Positions 14,700 through 29,000 of a DNA stretch of 64,000 nucleotides are shown here, one piece after another. Under the pieces are notes generated by a model. It was not told the origin of the DNA. It searched no databases and worked only from the letters and a program-made list of their open reading frames with translations. The stretch's first letter is position 1. Each line of letters begins with the position of its first letter. The stretch comes from Bigelowiella natans CCMP2755 (Eukaryota > Protista > Cercozoa): positions 52,495 to 116,494 of the forward strand of contig ADNK01001636.1 in NCBI GenBank assembly GCA_000320545.1, in the 5' to 3' direction. The position numbers and the translations under genes were made by a program.

Positions 14700-15688
14700 A
14701 TGTCCTCCCCCCCGACCCTCCACCACCTAGAACCTTCTGGAGAAGACAATCACGAGGATCTTACCTGTGCAATATGCTATTTCCACTTCGCCGAGCCTGT
14801 GAAAACTCCCTGCGGGCATGTCTTCTGTAAAAATTGCCTGGTGAAATCTTTTGGATTTATCCGGCCTCCACGTTGCCCGATGTGCCGAGCTGATTGGTAA
14901 GAATGAATTATTATTCAAAAACTTTCGTCCAGCCGAGTTTCCTTATAAGCATCATTCCCATGTTCAGTACGGCAGTGAGAGTATTCGAGCTGAAGGTTGT
15001 TACGGAGATCGAGAAGGCTGTACGTCGAGTCGATTCGGAGTACAAAGAGCGAGCTAGCAAAGCAATTGCGGAGGTAAATTGATTTTCGCTGATTATGTCA
15101 CTATCCCATCTATTAAGGCCATTTGAAATATCGATAATATTCTACCTTTACAGCGCAAGGTATGGATGCAATCAAAGCTGCTATTCCCCATGCTACAAAC
15201 CAGTAGCGATTCCAGCTCTGGCGGCATCTTCGAGGTTTAAAACTTATCACAATTTCTGCCTAGAGAGTAACATCCGACTATAATTCATGCAATAGGTGAG
15301 TGGTGCTGGAGAGGACAATGTGAACGGAATTTATATAGTAGGAAATATTTCCTCATACCTTGGCCCACAGCTCTATTACAAGCCAGGGACCCAAATATAC
15401 ATATTCCGATGGAATAGAAGGGAATGGATTATTGCCTCTTTGGAGCACGGATTTGAAGCCCTTAACCGACGTTACTACAAAGTCGATTGCAATTTTGTTC
15501 CAGAAGATACTCCCCCAGGTGAAGGTTGGATCGTTGCGCCTTCTGGATTGGGCATTAGTCCAGCCCCCACTGTGAGAGTCGTACAGCAGGGAGATCGAAT
15601 TTCTCCACGACTGCTACAGCCTTTAGCTCAGAGCGCCAATGTATCCGATGCGTCACCTTCTAGATGTTCTCCCTGCTCGATCATGTGA
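14700..15688 (+). CDS. C3HC4 RING-finger protein (putative E3 ubiquitin ligase), 4 exons, C-terminal CaaX (CSIM)
   Basis: CAIC...PCGHVFCKNC...CPMC RING; GT-AG introns link in frame to the last exon VSGAGEDNVNGIY...RCSPCSIM*. Confidence 0.88.
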
Positions 15689-16423
15689 ATTCCTGTCACA
15701 TTAAGATCTTTTGTGTTCCATCTGAACCGATATGTCGTCTAGAACCGGTGCGTTTAATTACATTTGCTTCCCAAAAGTGCCGCCTATGAATGCAGAGTAC
15801 TGAAGCAGCTATCTAATTTGTGTCTCTGGAAACGTATACCACAATCATGTACTTCACTTGTTGGTTACATGCCTGCATTGTTTGAACAACCTATGATGCA
15901 GATCGCTAGTGATGGTGCACTTCTAGACTTGCACAAAGCTAGAAAGCTTTCGATGATGATTTCTTCCACATTCTTCAAGGAAGTTTTGACCAACAATGAA
16001 GTGGAGCATGGCCAGTCTGTCGTGCCAGACTGCGCAGGAACACACATCGCGCACGCATGCCTAGATGTAACGCAGCACTTCTAGACTTGCTGGATTGCGG
16101 TCAATCCATCCTAGCCAGCTAGCTAGACTTGCACGGCTAAAAGTACATACCACCTCGCGCATATCTGACAGTCTGAATGTACGTAATTGATGTTGCTGAA
16201 GGTTCGTTCATGCATCTTTCGCAAACAATAGCTCTCAATTTTGCTCACATGCAACTCCAAACTCACACATCGGCATTCAGCACATCTAGCATCTAGACAT
16301 GCTAGCATGGCTAGCATGTGCATGTAGGCATCTAATAGACATGTGCCATGAATACAGCAAGTCGCTCGGGACAGGCTGATGATGTCGACTCATTCTTGAT
16401 TTATTCTTGGCACACTAACGTGA

Positions 16424-19400
16424 TTAAATTGCCATGACTGGCAGTGATGGCTGAGCAAACGTCCTTTCAGACATGCTTCTACTTTCTCCAGCTCGATCAT
16501 CCTCTCCAGCGTTGCAAAAATCAGTATTTATATTTTGTGAAGGTTCACGACTAGCAGCTGCGTTGGAGACGATAGATCTTGATGCAGAACGACCATCCTT
16601 CTCACCTCTGTAAGTATAATTGCTATTATAGCGTGGTAACACTTTCGCATCACCCATGCTTTTTTTTCTCTCATTTTCTTTTTCATCCCTGTAATCATTG
16701 TCATCGCTGTAATCGTTATGGTCTTCACGTTGCTGTGGGTTGGAAGCTGCTGACGCAATCTGAATAAAAATCTGTTCAAGCGATGCTTGTGTGACGCTAT
16801 AATCCGCCACACACAATCTTTCCTTGTGCTTCTCGATAACTGAGAAGATATTCGCTAAGAAGCTGCTGTTGCTACTGCTGCTGCTGCTGCTGCTGGATGA
16901 GTGGTCAGACGAGCAATGTCCTCTTTCGTCTTTCTCTGCCTGCCCCCTATACTGTCTGCTTTTCACCTTTGCCTCTTTGGGCAGCTCCATTCGCAGCAGG
17001 CCGTTTCTAAGTCGCTCCGACACCACTGCACGGGGAAAGTACGACTGGATGAACGCGATAAAATTGTCGAAGTGTTCAGGACTCATTTTGGCCTCTATCT
17101 GGTAGCCCTTCCCGAGGCGAGTCTTTAGGTGCTGCACTGAGCCTAAGCACTGCAACCTCCCCCCAACCATGATTCCGATTCGCCCACACAGAGCTTCGCA
17201 TTCCTCCATGCTGTGTGTTGTGAGGATAACAGAGCAGCGCTTGGCCACACGCTCGATCACGTCCCACATGAACCGCCTCGAGACGGGGTCCATCCCAGAG
17301 CTTGGCTCGTCTAGGAACACAACTGAGGGCTCGCCGATGAGAGAGAGCGCCAGCGAAAGTTTCCGTTTGTTGCCGCCAGAATATGTTCCAGCAGGAATGT
17401 CTGCATATTGCGTGAGACCGACGGTGGATATGAGCTCCTGCACTCTGTCGTCTAGAGCCTGTGGATCTACGTTGCGAATCCTCGCATACATGGCAATGTG
17501 CTCGCGCGCTGTCATCAGGTCGAAGAGGGGGTCGAATTGGGGGCAGTAGCCCATGTGCCGACGCACTTCTGTTCGGGCACTCTCGCAGTTGAGGTTTAAG
17601 ATGAAAGCGCTTCCTGCAGTACTGTCGATGTCGCCCGTGATCATCTTGAGCGTGGTGGTCTTTCCTGCCCCGTTTATACCCAAGAAGCCAAAGCACTGGC
17701 CGCGTGGGATCCCGAGGCACAAGTTGTCCACCGCCCGAACACCTCCTTCTCCGCCGTTGTAAATTTTCGTCAGGTTGCGAATGTACACGAGGTCGCGAGT
17801 CTGCTCGCCTGTTGTAGCCAGGATGCGTCGACGTTCCGCAAGGACATCTTTGTTCACAGCTACCTCTCTCTCCCCATCATCGTCGTCAATCGTCGTTGCC
17901 CTCTCCCTCGTCCCAACTTTGCTGTCGGTGTGCTCTTCTGCTTGTGCCTCTCCGCCTTCACTAGCCGCAGCTTGGCTTCGGTTCTCCATCGAAATTCTAG
18001 TCCCTCCCCCCCCCCCTTCCACTCTCACTCCAAGGCTTGAGATGGATGCTGCTGATAAAGCAGTCGATCCTCCATCTCTTCTTCTCCCCCTCCTTCTGCC
18101 TGGCCACCTATCGATGCGACCCAGCGCTTTATGCATATCTGGCATCCTGTGCAGCATCGCATGCAGCGCGCGGTACTCGATTAAGAGGGTACACAGGCAG
18201 AATACGACTGCCTCGACGACCAAGTATCGCAGAGATCTGCCCAGCACCTCTTCATCCCATGGGGACACATTCTCGCCAAGGAGTAAGTTCCGCAGCCGCC
18301 TGACGCTCTGATTTATGAGCCCCTCCCCGAAGCAGAAGGCGGGCGAGAAGCGATAGTAGAACTTGAGCTCGCGATTGAGCTCCATGGTCCCGCTGAGGCC
18401 GTCCAGCAGCGCGGAGGTCACCACCAGTAGGAAACCAACAACGAACAGAATTCCGGCGATGGAAATCTGGGCGGTGGTGTGATTCTCGAAGAGGAAGGAG
18501 AGGCAGTACGCCTGCGGGATGCTGGCCATACCGTACAGGAGAAAGAGCAGAAACACGGATTGCAGGCTCTCCGGGTCGCCCGTCAGGTCCTTGTCGTCGT
18601 AGGCGCGGAAGATGAGCATGGTGCCTATGACGATAACGAGGTAGTTTGCCACATCCCAAAAGTAGTTTGCTGCCCAATACCTATATACATGGCGGTGGTG
18701 ATGTAATGAATGAATAAATGCCAAGCAGTAACAGCAGCAGGAGCAGCTACGAGCAAGACTAATGAGATGACATCGCGCTCTCTGTACTACACAATTTAGA
18801 CAAAGGAAAACGCCTCCTTTCCCCCCTCTCTATTTTGCAAAAGGTCTATATCTTGCACACACGCACACGCCTACTGGCCTGTCAAAAGAAGATGGAACAC
18901 AATACCGCTGGTGTTGCTGCCAAGTCATGGTTCTCTTCTTCTTCTTAATATTATTAATACGATCTTTCTTCTTCTTCTTCTTCTTCTTCTTCTTATCATC
19001 ATCATCATCATTATTATTACATGATCTGGGAAAGGCCAGACACCAACTGCAAGTGCTTAGCCTTTACAGCGCGTTCTTTGACGATAAAAATGACAAATGT
19101 TGCTGGGATGTAACAGAATGGGATGAGTAGAAATAGCGCAGCAAAAAGAGACAGAATAGCCTTCAGTTGCAGAGATTTGCGCGCGGTGAGGGGGAGTGGG
19201 TGCGAGGAGAGGCCGTAATCCGCGCCATTCTGGCCTGATTTCGTCTGCAGCTTGGCTCGAGTGTACTCAGCGAGGTAGCTCGGTAGAACGTGGAAACCTG
19301 TGGTGTTGTGCATGATCGTCATTTCCGGCCTCACCGTCGTTGTGTTTGGCAGCCCCAGTGAGCTTCCATTGTTCACAACCACATTATCCAGACCGCCCTC

Positions 19401-22400
19401 TGAGCTTTGCAGCACCCCGCTAAGATTCACGCTCCGAAATCCCTGGCGTAAATTTCCCGGGATCGTCACCGTGATCTCGTCGTCTGGCACGTATGCACAG
19501 AATCGCAGCGCCTCGAAGCGAATTCCTAGCAGTGACACTGACATGTTCGTCGACTCGTGAACGCCATATTCCGCAGGATCAAGCTGCAGGCCGTTGTTCT
19601 TTAGGTGATCGACCGTCTGCTCCGAAATTCCTCTTCGCGGCGGCCTCGGTGTTGTATAGCTCTCCGGTGTCTCGAGGAGCAGGCCGTCGTACAGGCTCGC
19701 ATTCAGCCTTAGGGAGGGGCCGGAGGGCGAGATGTTAAGCAGGAGCACCAGCATTACCATGGCGACAAGGATCAGTGGAAGTACTATCTCATAGAACCTT
19801 CCTACGGGGTCTCGCTTGGAGCAGTTCCAGCGCTTTTTCAAGACCTCGACAAACTGGGTGGGATATCCCACCCGCGGTCGCCGGGCTACTGCTGCTACTG
19901 GCTTTACAGGCTGTACAGGAGCATTGCTGCTGGTAGTTGTCGTAATGAGGGTATTCGTTACCGCTTTTCCTTGGGGATGGCGTTGGTGCTTATTGTGCCC
20001 TATCTTCGTTTGTGCTGCTCCTCTCGCTTTCTTTTGCTCTTGCGCTTTGATTTCTCCTTCTTCTTCCCCCCCCCTTCTATCCTCTCCCTTCTCCTTCTTC
20101 TCTTCCGTTTGCTTGCACCGCTGTGGTGATGTTGCAGCAGTCTCGGTGCATACGCTACCAGTATCCCTGTCGGAGTCCGCAGTGAGGGAGTCGATGTGGC
20201 CAATCTTTATGAAAACCTCCTCCAGTGTAGTCATGCTGATGCCATAGCTTCCAAGCTCAAGTTTCCCCTTCTCGGCATCTAGGATGTGAAATAGATGAGC
20301 AAACCTGGCTGTTTGGCCCAACGGCAGCTGGATCGAGAGCTCTCCGGCTTGTTGCGACACAATTCTTGCGTCGGGAATGTGGGATGAAACGAGCCGAAAG
20401 ATCCTCTTGTGAAAGCTGCCGTTCTTCTTACTCCCTCCACCCTGCCTCTCCTCCTCCTCCTCCTCATGTTTCCCTTCCCCAGCCCCTACCGAAGAAGAAG
20501 AAGAAGCACTCGTCCCTTTTACCAAAGTTAGGTTGTAGCCGACTCCGAATCTGGATTTCAGGAACAGCGAAGTGCCAAGCGCACGCAGCCTCCCCGCCAC
20601 CATAATCGCGATGCGGTCCCCTAAGATATCCGCCTCGTCCATAAAATGAGTCGTCAGAATCACGGTTCTGTGCCTTCTGCACTTCCGCAAGAGTCCCCAT
20701 GTAAAACGGCGTGAGTAAGGGTCCATTCCCGTCGTAGGCTCGTCGAGGAACACGATCTTGCTACTGCCCAATAAAGCGATGGCCACGCTCAGTTTCCGTT
20801 TCATTCCTCCGCTCAAGGCTGCCGAGTATACGTCTCTCTTCCTCTGCAATCCTACTTCCCTGAGCATTTTGTCTGCCTCCTGCCTTAGCGCCAAGCCTTT
20901 CAGGCCTTTGAGGGTCCCGAAGAACTCAAGGTGCTCGTAGCATGTCAGCCGGTCGAAAAGCACATTATGCTGAGGGCACACCCCCATCAGCTTCCGCAGC
21001 TGCCTCATGTCTGCTCGTAGACGAAGCTTCCCGAAAAGCCTGGCGTCCCCAGATGTGGGTAGGATCAAGCCGGTTAGCATACCGATGGTCGTGGTCTTTC
21101 CAGCGCCGTTGTGCCCCAAGAGCGACAGGATTTCGCCTTCGTAAAGATCGAGATTGAGGCCGTTCACTGCAACCCGCACATGCTGCCGCTCATTTCCTCC
21201 TTCTCGACAGAGGAGGGTGCTGCTCGGACTGCTACAGCTGCTCAAAGGGAACACCTTTCTAAGTCCGCGAATCGACACGCTTTTACCTCCTCTTAGCGAG
21301 GTTTCAATGAAGCTGCTCTTCTTCCCCCTTTCCCACCTATCTTGCCCCGCCTTCCCGTCGTGGTGGTCGTTGCCTTCGCCGCCATCGACGGACTCGCCTT
21401 CGGGAGAGCTCCAATCAATTGCTCGGCTACTGCTTTGAAGGCTTGGACACCAATACGCAGGGGAGAGGGGGAACCATAGCGGGAGGCTCGAGCCGTACGT
21501 GTTCGGCACCGTCTTCTCGGCGTACCACGCAAGGAAGAAGTAGAGCACGGTATCGAAGAATAGCATGCCCATCACCGTGGAAAATGAGACAACCGCAGGA
21601 TCGCTTGCGTTGTCCCACGTCACCCCGCGGCCGATTCCCTCATTGGCAAGAAGCACGTCAATGCCGAAGGCGTAGGCCGTCGGAGAGAGCATAGAGGCGG
21701 CAACAATCTGCGACCCCTGCGCGGAATCCTCATTCCCAAAGAAGATATACCTTGGAAGAACCATCACGAAGAGAATCACGGGGCCGACGATCCCGGCCGG
21801 TTTCGCACGGGAGAAGAAGGCGCTTACGAAGAGGCCGAATGCGAGGCAGGAGGTGTTGAAGAGCCAAATGTATGCAATTAGCAGCGACAGAGAGGAGTTC
21901 GGGAAGACAGAGACGTTATACAAGTAGCCGGAAATGAACGCTACGAATGTGAAGGGGAGGAAGAACGTGACTGCCCACGACAGCATGAAGGTCCATTCCT
22001 TAAGACCCATGATCTTCATCGTCTCTTTGGTGCGCGTCTCCTTCTCCAAAACTATGTACTTCAAGAGCTGGGAAACGGGGTACATCATGCTCAGAGCTGT
22101 CACGATGCCCATGAGCGGCCCTGCAGCAACGTAGAAGGCGTTGAAGTCGTACTCATCGGTGGGAAAGGGGACGCCGACAATTTGCCCAAATGTCTCATTC
22201 ACCAGCTCCCCCACTCGCAGCTGCCTCAATCGCTCATTCTTCCTTGCGTTGTTTATCAGCGTATTCAGGTCGCTTGGCCCAAGGATGTTACCGTTACTAC
22301 GGCTACTACTACCACTTCGTGACAGCGACACTCCCTGAGTGATGTCCGCAAGGAGCTCTCCAATGGCCGTAGCGTTGAAGAGTAGACTGGCATCGACCCC

Positions 22401-23007
22401 CGTTGTCGTTGGCTGGACGTTCGCAAGGTCATCGCCTTCAACCCAGTAGCGGGACCCGACGTACTCGCGCATGGCGTTCTGGATGGAGAGGAACCCGGAC
22501 GTGTAGTACTGACGGTACACGGGGTTGAGGCCGACCACGAAGCGGTTGTAAGCGCGGCGCGTGTCGGGAATGGTGGTGTAGTTCATTCGAATGGTGTACC
22601 GCATTTCGAGGGAGGCTTCGTTCAGGCGATCAAACACCACCGCTCCCCAGAAGCGGCCGTTCTTGAAGTTCCCGTTGGCAAGATCCACCCCCCGACGCAC
22701 AGCGTCAGCCTCACTCGCGTAGATCCTTACGTCGGTGTTTGCGCTGAAGAAAGGATAGCGCAGTCGAAGGTACTGCACCGCTTTGCGCACGGCCGGGGAA
22801 TCCGGGGCGAAAGCGAGCTCCCCGAGGTAGATCAGATTCCTGATGAATGCCAAAACGATGGTGATGAGGATGATGATGCTGCGATAGGTGCGTGAAGGTG
22901 CAATATGAAAGTCTCTCGAGGGAGGAGTCGTCCTTCCAACATCGGCACCTGTAGCTGTCGTCAACGAGAGAAAGAATCTCTAATGCTTCCTCAAACGATT
23001 GATCCTG

Positions 23008-23058
<51 letters not shown>

Positions 23059-23192
23059 AAAGGAGAACGGCAGATATGCGAAGAAAATTAAGGTAATGTT
23101 AAGAACGGAGCAGAAAGGCCAGTATAACTACTTCTAACAAATTAAATGGAATGGCTCTTCTGCGATGTGATAATAATAATAATAATAATAAT

Positions 23193-23224
<32 letters not shown>

Positions 23225-24046
23225 GGTGGTTGTGGTGATGATGATGATGAACCTGGGACTCAACATAGGAACGTATGGCAAGATGTGCAGCCTATTAGTT
23301 TGCATTAATGAACACGATTAATGAATATACGACACTTTATGAAAGGTCGAAAACAATTCGCGACTATGCGGCGATGAAACTTGAGCAAAGTAGTAGTAGA
23401 GTAGTATTTGTAGTAGAAGTAATATCACAACCACGAACAGATCCAGATTTATCAGCGGTAGTGGCCCTAACACCAGCAAAATCAGCAAGATCGATCAGAC
23501 TAGTATCCGATATAAAGGGCTCAGGAAATCATTATTCTGTCTCTCTACGAATCATCATCATCATTATCTGTTTCTACGAAACATGATCTTCGTTATGCGT
23601 GATTGCTTGTGCTTGGTTTTGAGTGCTAGCTATATGGGGGGGAAACTAACGCCGACCATGATAACCCAGAAGATCGAAAGCATTTAAGGTTGATTTGGAG
23701 GATGAGAGAGCTGCACAATCTATACCCTACAACACGACACATTTCAGAAGTACCCTGCATCATCATCGTCATCATCATTAAATCACCACTTATCATTCTG
23801 AGTGGCAGCAGCAGCAGCACCAGCAAGAACAGCATCATCACCCCTGAGTACCTGATTGCACGGATCGAGGAAGATAGTGATGTTTTCCAGGGCCACATTC
23901 GGCACCGTTCGATTTGAGATTCCTGGGAAGTTGAAGGCCCATTGCAAGTGAAGAGGAAGGTTAATATAATATTGATGTCGTTTGATGTGGTGATGGTGGT
24001 GGTGATGTGATAAATTATGATGTGTTCTCTCCGTACTGAAACGATA

Positions 24047-24079
<33 letters not shown>

Positions 24080-24767
24080 GCATTGACGAGAGGAGACAAT
24101 GATGGGAATCTATGCCCGACTTCTTCCATTATTTACCCTCAATATCTTTGACAGTGATGTTGTTATTCTTCAGGGCCTCCCGCAGTCCAGAACTCTGCTT
24201 GATCTGATGGCCACAGCGCATGTCAGCAAAGCATGCATATGGTAAGAGGAAATTGTTAATACGTGCGACAACGAGAGAATGAGAAGGAAAAGAAGATTCA
24301 AGTAGCAACAGACACACATCAATTTAATAGAATAGAGCACCAAAGCTGAAACGTTTATCGCATCAAAGTTGTTCCTGAGGACGTCGATAATACTTTCCAA
24401 TTGGGAGGAGTTGAAAGTCCCGGAGAAGTTCAAAGGTGTTGAATCTCTCAGCTGTGTGGCCAGCGAGGGGCCAATTTGAGACAGCCTACGGGTTTATTTT
24501 AAGTCACTGAACCGCACTGTGATGGCAGCTTGAGGTGCAGATTATCTAAAGATGTTAATTGAAATGAAATGATTCTGCTATGATCCTCTTTTTATTGTTT
24601 CCGTTAAATGTGCTCATATGCTGCTATGCCATTAGCATTATCTATCGTCATTGTCGTCGTTGTTGTTTCCGTCATTAGCATTACAAATTTGTTATTGCAG
24701 CCGTGTCGTTCGCATAAATCTGTGGTGTTACCGTTGAGCAAGGAGTTAATTTCCATCAATATTTCCG

Positions 24768-24829
<62 letters not shown>

Positions 24830-25579
24830 CATTCGAAAATTTTGATACGAAATGTAGCAAGATGGGAGGGTTCTATAGACCTTGGTCTCAATTGATTCGA
24901 CGAACGGCAAGGAGAGAATGTACCTAGTAATACATGCAAGGTTTGTCATGCCTGAATAATTTCATGCTTCAATTCTGTTTCTAAAATTTCTTACCCGCCT
25001 ACGAGTAACAGTGAGAGCAGCACAGGCGCCATAAAGAGCATACAGGTGCTTCGGGGATAGCGCCTCATTATTTTGCAGTTCTTCCTCAACACGGTACTTA
25101 GCTGCCGACACCCTGTGCCGCACTTCACAAAAGAAAACAGAAAGAAAGAACGCACAGTTTCCCAATATGAGCATGGGGAACGCTGAACCAGTTGTGCATA
25201 AAATCCATCTGTGCTATCGTGAGATGATGTTACTTTGGTAGTATTGTATTGCATTAGCCACTGATGCGTGCACGTTCGATCGCAGTAGTGTTCGAATATT
25301 CACCTCCTTTCGACTAAATCCATTGGATTTTGCTGTTGTCCAGACCTCTCCATCTAGTTGGGTCGTGAATTCATCCCACTCAATCTTTCCGTCACTTCCT
25401 GCTTTGTATACTGTCGCAGAAGAGCTTCCTGGGGAGATTAGGAGACAGGCAAAAATGCAAATTCGGACTGTGGCCAAAAAAAACTGGCATTCCTAGCTCG
25501 AAATCAAATGAACACGTGCTGTTATACCTCCACGGCTCCCCCTCGCCGTGATGCTGCCCAGCTCCACAGTCGGCATCAT
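16424..25579 (-). CDS. ABCA: Full-size ABC transporter, subfamily A
   Basis: Two NBDs (GHNGAGKTT/LSGGMKRK/FLDEP; GINGAGKTT/YSGGNKRK/FLDEP) and two TMD blocks in ORFs 19017..22964 and 16424..18724. The ABCA N-terminal motif RQLSTVLRKNCKIMRRYP is at ~25055-25107. Start at 25579 (MMPTVELG) is tentative. Confidence 0.95.
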
Positions 25580-26005
25580 TTTGCTCGACTGCTGGAGGCT
25601 GAGCTGCGACGGAACCTACGCGACGAATGGAGGCATGGGATTCAGCAACATGTGTTCCCAACCAAGTTTTAAACGGGTCGCACGAATAAAAACGTAAGCT
25701 TTTTCTGCCTTTTGACAATAATAAACATTGTCGCGAAATATGAAGCGAAACTGGCGTCGCTGGGACGTCCAAGGAAGGGACGACGAACGAGCGAGCGAAG
25801 CGAAGAAGTCTTGTCGCAGACACCCTTTTGCGTCAGTGCTATTCCATCAGACTGAAAAATCACCGTGAAATATCCTGTGGAAAATCTATTTCGCATTCGT
25901 GAGTGTTGATGAGAATCTTAGACCAACTCCATGTTTCCTCCAGATCAAATAGGAAGTTTTACGTATATTTCTCTCTTCTACAAATTGCACTCGAGACCTT
26001 GCGGA

Positions 26006-29000
26006 ATGCCCCCCCCATCAACCGGCAGATGGCTGGGTGCCCTCGTAGCTTTTTCCCTTGCCGTCATTTGCTCGTCGTCGGCCACCGTAGCTCGGAATTC
26101 ACATGCTAGAATTAGAAGGCCTCTGAGGCGCTCTTTGCAATTCTCGGGGGGAGGCCAGTTGAGGTGCATTGAACGGTTACGTAATAACCTCGATTATTCG
26201 AGCGCATTGTCCGTATCAACATCGGCTCAACGGCCCGTCCTTGCAAATGCGGCTGCAGATAAAGATAATCAGCTGAACGCTGCAAACGAGTTACTGGAGG
26301 TACACATCACATCCGAAGACATGCGCACGTTTGCTCACATATTCTCATTAGCGATTAAGGACAACCTACTATCTTTCAACAGTGGATCTCACAAGAGTAC
26401 GGGGAAGGGGGCGGACATCCTGCGAAAGTAGAGGCAAAAGATAGCCATGAGGGGAGCCCTCGTGGTCTATACGCCAAGCAATCCTTTAAAGAGGGTGAAG
26501 TGATCCTTCGAGTGCCGCTAAGGTATGCTGCAAGCATAGCATGATATATAGTATGGAATGCGGACAACGCTGATACGTCTACCATCTCTATCACAACGAA
26601 AAATTAATCGAAGACAATATTTATCCAGACTAGCGATATTCGAGTCCGAATCTCCTGGGATTGTGGAGGGATTAGGTTCCCTTCCATCAGATAAGATTGA
26701 AGGCGGATTCGATAACGCCAAGGGGTACCCGAGGAAAACCGATGATCCTATGTCTCCTGAGAATTTCTGGACTGGAAAGTTAGCGATGCAGATGCTGAAC
26801 AACATGTACACTACTGAAAGGTTAGAAAACGTCCCTCCCCACCCCAACCCCCTACTCCCTCTCATTGTGCATTCACAACTTTCAGTGAAACCTCCGAGAG
26901 TCCCCACTGGAAGATGTGGCTGAACTCTCTCCCAGAGAAGGTAGTAGAAAGCATGGTGCTTATTCAGCATGATATTTACAAGCTCCCACAAACGACCTAC
27001 AGGTGGATCTCCCGGCCAATGGATTCAACGAGGACGACGTCTATTTCACAGAAAACTACGAGTAATTGTTGCTCATTGATTGTGCTTATAATGGAGCTCT
27101 TCCTCCTCTACCTTCTGTGCATTTGATGGTGGCTGTGTTACTAAAGATTTATTCAAGAGAATTCCTTCCTCCGTCGGGTAAACCATCGTATCTGCGAGGC
27201 CTTGCTCTTCCCCAACCCCAAGCATACAACTCAAGAAGCCGTCAAGTTACTCCAAAATAAAGGTACCGATATCATCATGTTCGAACCAAAAAATTTTGTG
27301 TGTATAATGCTTCATCTATATTTTGATGATTTATTCATACATATTGTGTCTTTCAAAATGGAAAACCTTTGTGAACAAAACATATCTTAGAGGATGCAGA
27401 GCAGTTCGGTGCCATCAAGGGAGAGGAGGCGCATAGGCGAGGGGGATTTCCTTGGGCATTGAACATAGCATCCTCAAGAGCCTTGACAGGATCTTATGCT
27501 GGTAGCACCGCTTTATGCACCGGCGATGAAGATTTTTACCTGCCACAATTCTAACTCGTCTCTCCCCCCCCCCCCCCGGTCAGGACACTATCTCGTTCCA
27601 GGAGTAGATTTATGCAATCATGACTACGGAGTTGCAGCAACGGCACGCCTAGAGTCGGAAGCGGGCGATCCTGTACTAAAGTGAGTGGATCACTCTTATA
27701 TTTCTGTCGGAAGAGTGGCTGATGCCTCCCTTCTTTGTCATCGCCCCCCCCCCCCCTCCCCCCGTTTATTTTAAATCAGTCCACGATTCGGAACCGTGCG
27801 CTTGATTGCAGATCGTGATATCGAAGCTGGAGAGGTAATTAAAGTATACAGGGTTGGAGCCATGTCGCAGGAGGAAAACTGCTGTCGTCGTTCCTTCAGT
27901 GAATTTGTTTTGGTTTCACACAAGCTAATCCTGATATTTTCCTCTGGATCCACCACAGGAGATCAAGTTCACGTACGCGAGAGTGCCCAACGAAGTCTTG
28001 TACGCTTACTATGGCTTTGTTCCTGAGAGCAATCCATATGACGATGTGGTGCTTTTTGATGATCTGCAGGTCAGGGAGTACGATATCAGATGGTTTCATA
28101 AGAACTCTTTGCTCGTCCTAGACACCCTTATTCTTTTTCTATACTTCCGAGATTACTTGCATTTCCCCTTCTCGAAGGTCCATTCCGATTGCGCCCGTTA
28201 ATTGATGATGTTGGTTTAGGACGTTTTCAAATGCGCCATTGGATCCAACGAGATTGTGGCGGAAGAAGTAAGGATAATTTTAGAGGAGGCGAGAATCTGT
28301 TTGTGACTCACTTCTTCGATTCTTCTCTCTCTTTCTCTCCATCTTTCTTATCATTCGTGCTTTTGGCACCATGATAATTCATTGAATCTTTTTTCCCTCC
28401 TTTCATCTTCCGGTCTAAGGTTCTCGAGGGAGCTGTGGCTGATTTCATGGATGCCGTCAACGACCCAAATTTAAGTACTCGTGATTATTCAGATGATTGG
28501 GGTGATGGTTGTCATGACGGCTATGATAATATAACAGTGGATAATGACGAAGAAAAGGTGGTGGATGGCAGCGGTAAAAGGACGCTGCTAAGGACAGAAG
28601 ACGATTTTAAGAGACTGACGGTAATAGCGTTGTTTGTGCAATAATGCTCAATATTCGTCATTTTCATTAAATGAAGAAGATTTTGTCCTGTATGCATGCA
28701 GGAATCGCCACCATCATTATTTTCACCGCCATCATTGCCGTATCATCCATCAACATCATCAATCAATATCGCCATCACAATCAGATAAACTTTGAAGGGA
28801 TTGATGGACGGCTAGTCACTGTACTGGATGCAGTTAGTCAAATGGTTCAACTCGGAAAATCTGTTCCGGTAGGAAGAAGTAGTAAAAAATTGCATGCACG
28901 TGACTTTAAACTTCCTTCTTCTCCCCCTCCTTCTTTTGTCTTCGTCGCTGATACAACAGGAGTTTCTGGTGGATCGAATAAAAAAGAAATGCGCAACGTT

